Shown here: positions 63,976 to 64,000 of the stretch, one piece after another
Position numbering within the stretch: the stretch's first letter is position 1
Layout: each line of letters begins with the position of its first letter
Assembly: GCA_965233585.1 (NCBI GenBank)
Contig: CBDDTI010000745.1
Coordinates: forward strand, 320,001-384,000
Direction of reading: 5' to 3'
Length of the DNA: 64,000 nucleotides
From: a bacterium
GTDB lineage: Bacteria > SAR324 > NAC60-12
The notes under the pieces: model-generated
Databases searched by the model: none
Told to the model about the DNA's origin: nothing
Seen by the model: only the letters and a program-made list of their open reading frames with translations
Translations under genes and position numbers: made by a program

Positions 63976-64000
63976 GCAAATCATGTGGGAGGTCGTTCAG
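63976..64000 (+). mobile_element. Internal fragment of IS1 type a running off the window edge
   Basis: GCAAATCATGTGGGAGGTCGTTCAG is the exact reverse complement of 13434-13458 in copy 2; no IR at the junction. Confidence 0.7.

Overview
AT-rich bacterial chromosome segment with a housekeeping core and heavily rearranged accessory edges. The core holds kdsA, tkt-rpe-gap-pfk, hscB-hscA-folC, a Cache adenylate/guanylate cyclase, rsmD, cutC, a surface-glycosylation cluster with rmlA/rmlB, rpsU, rbsK and hemD. Two IS1-family elements occur in 4 and 2 full-length copies, plus a fragment at the right edge. A swapped target duplication shows that recombination between inverted IS copies at 9045 and 60224 inverted about 50 kb and split a type IIG restriction-modification gene between the two ends of the window. 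That IS repeatedly inserts into the apex of CCCCTC-loop-GAGGGG hairpin repeats. Also present: an array of DUF1640/CCDC90-like membrane-anchored coiled-coil genes with shuffled stalk modules embedded in covarying palindromic repeats, a 12-CxxCH multiheme cytochrome with a duplicated promoter, a DUF29 pair with patch-restricted divergence, and a Mu-like prophage remnant carrying a RosmerTA-like XRE/Zn-peptidase module. Family calls come from motif recognition only; no searches were run.
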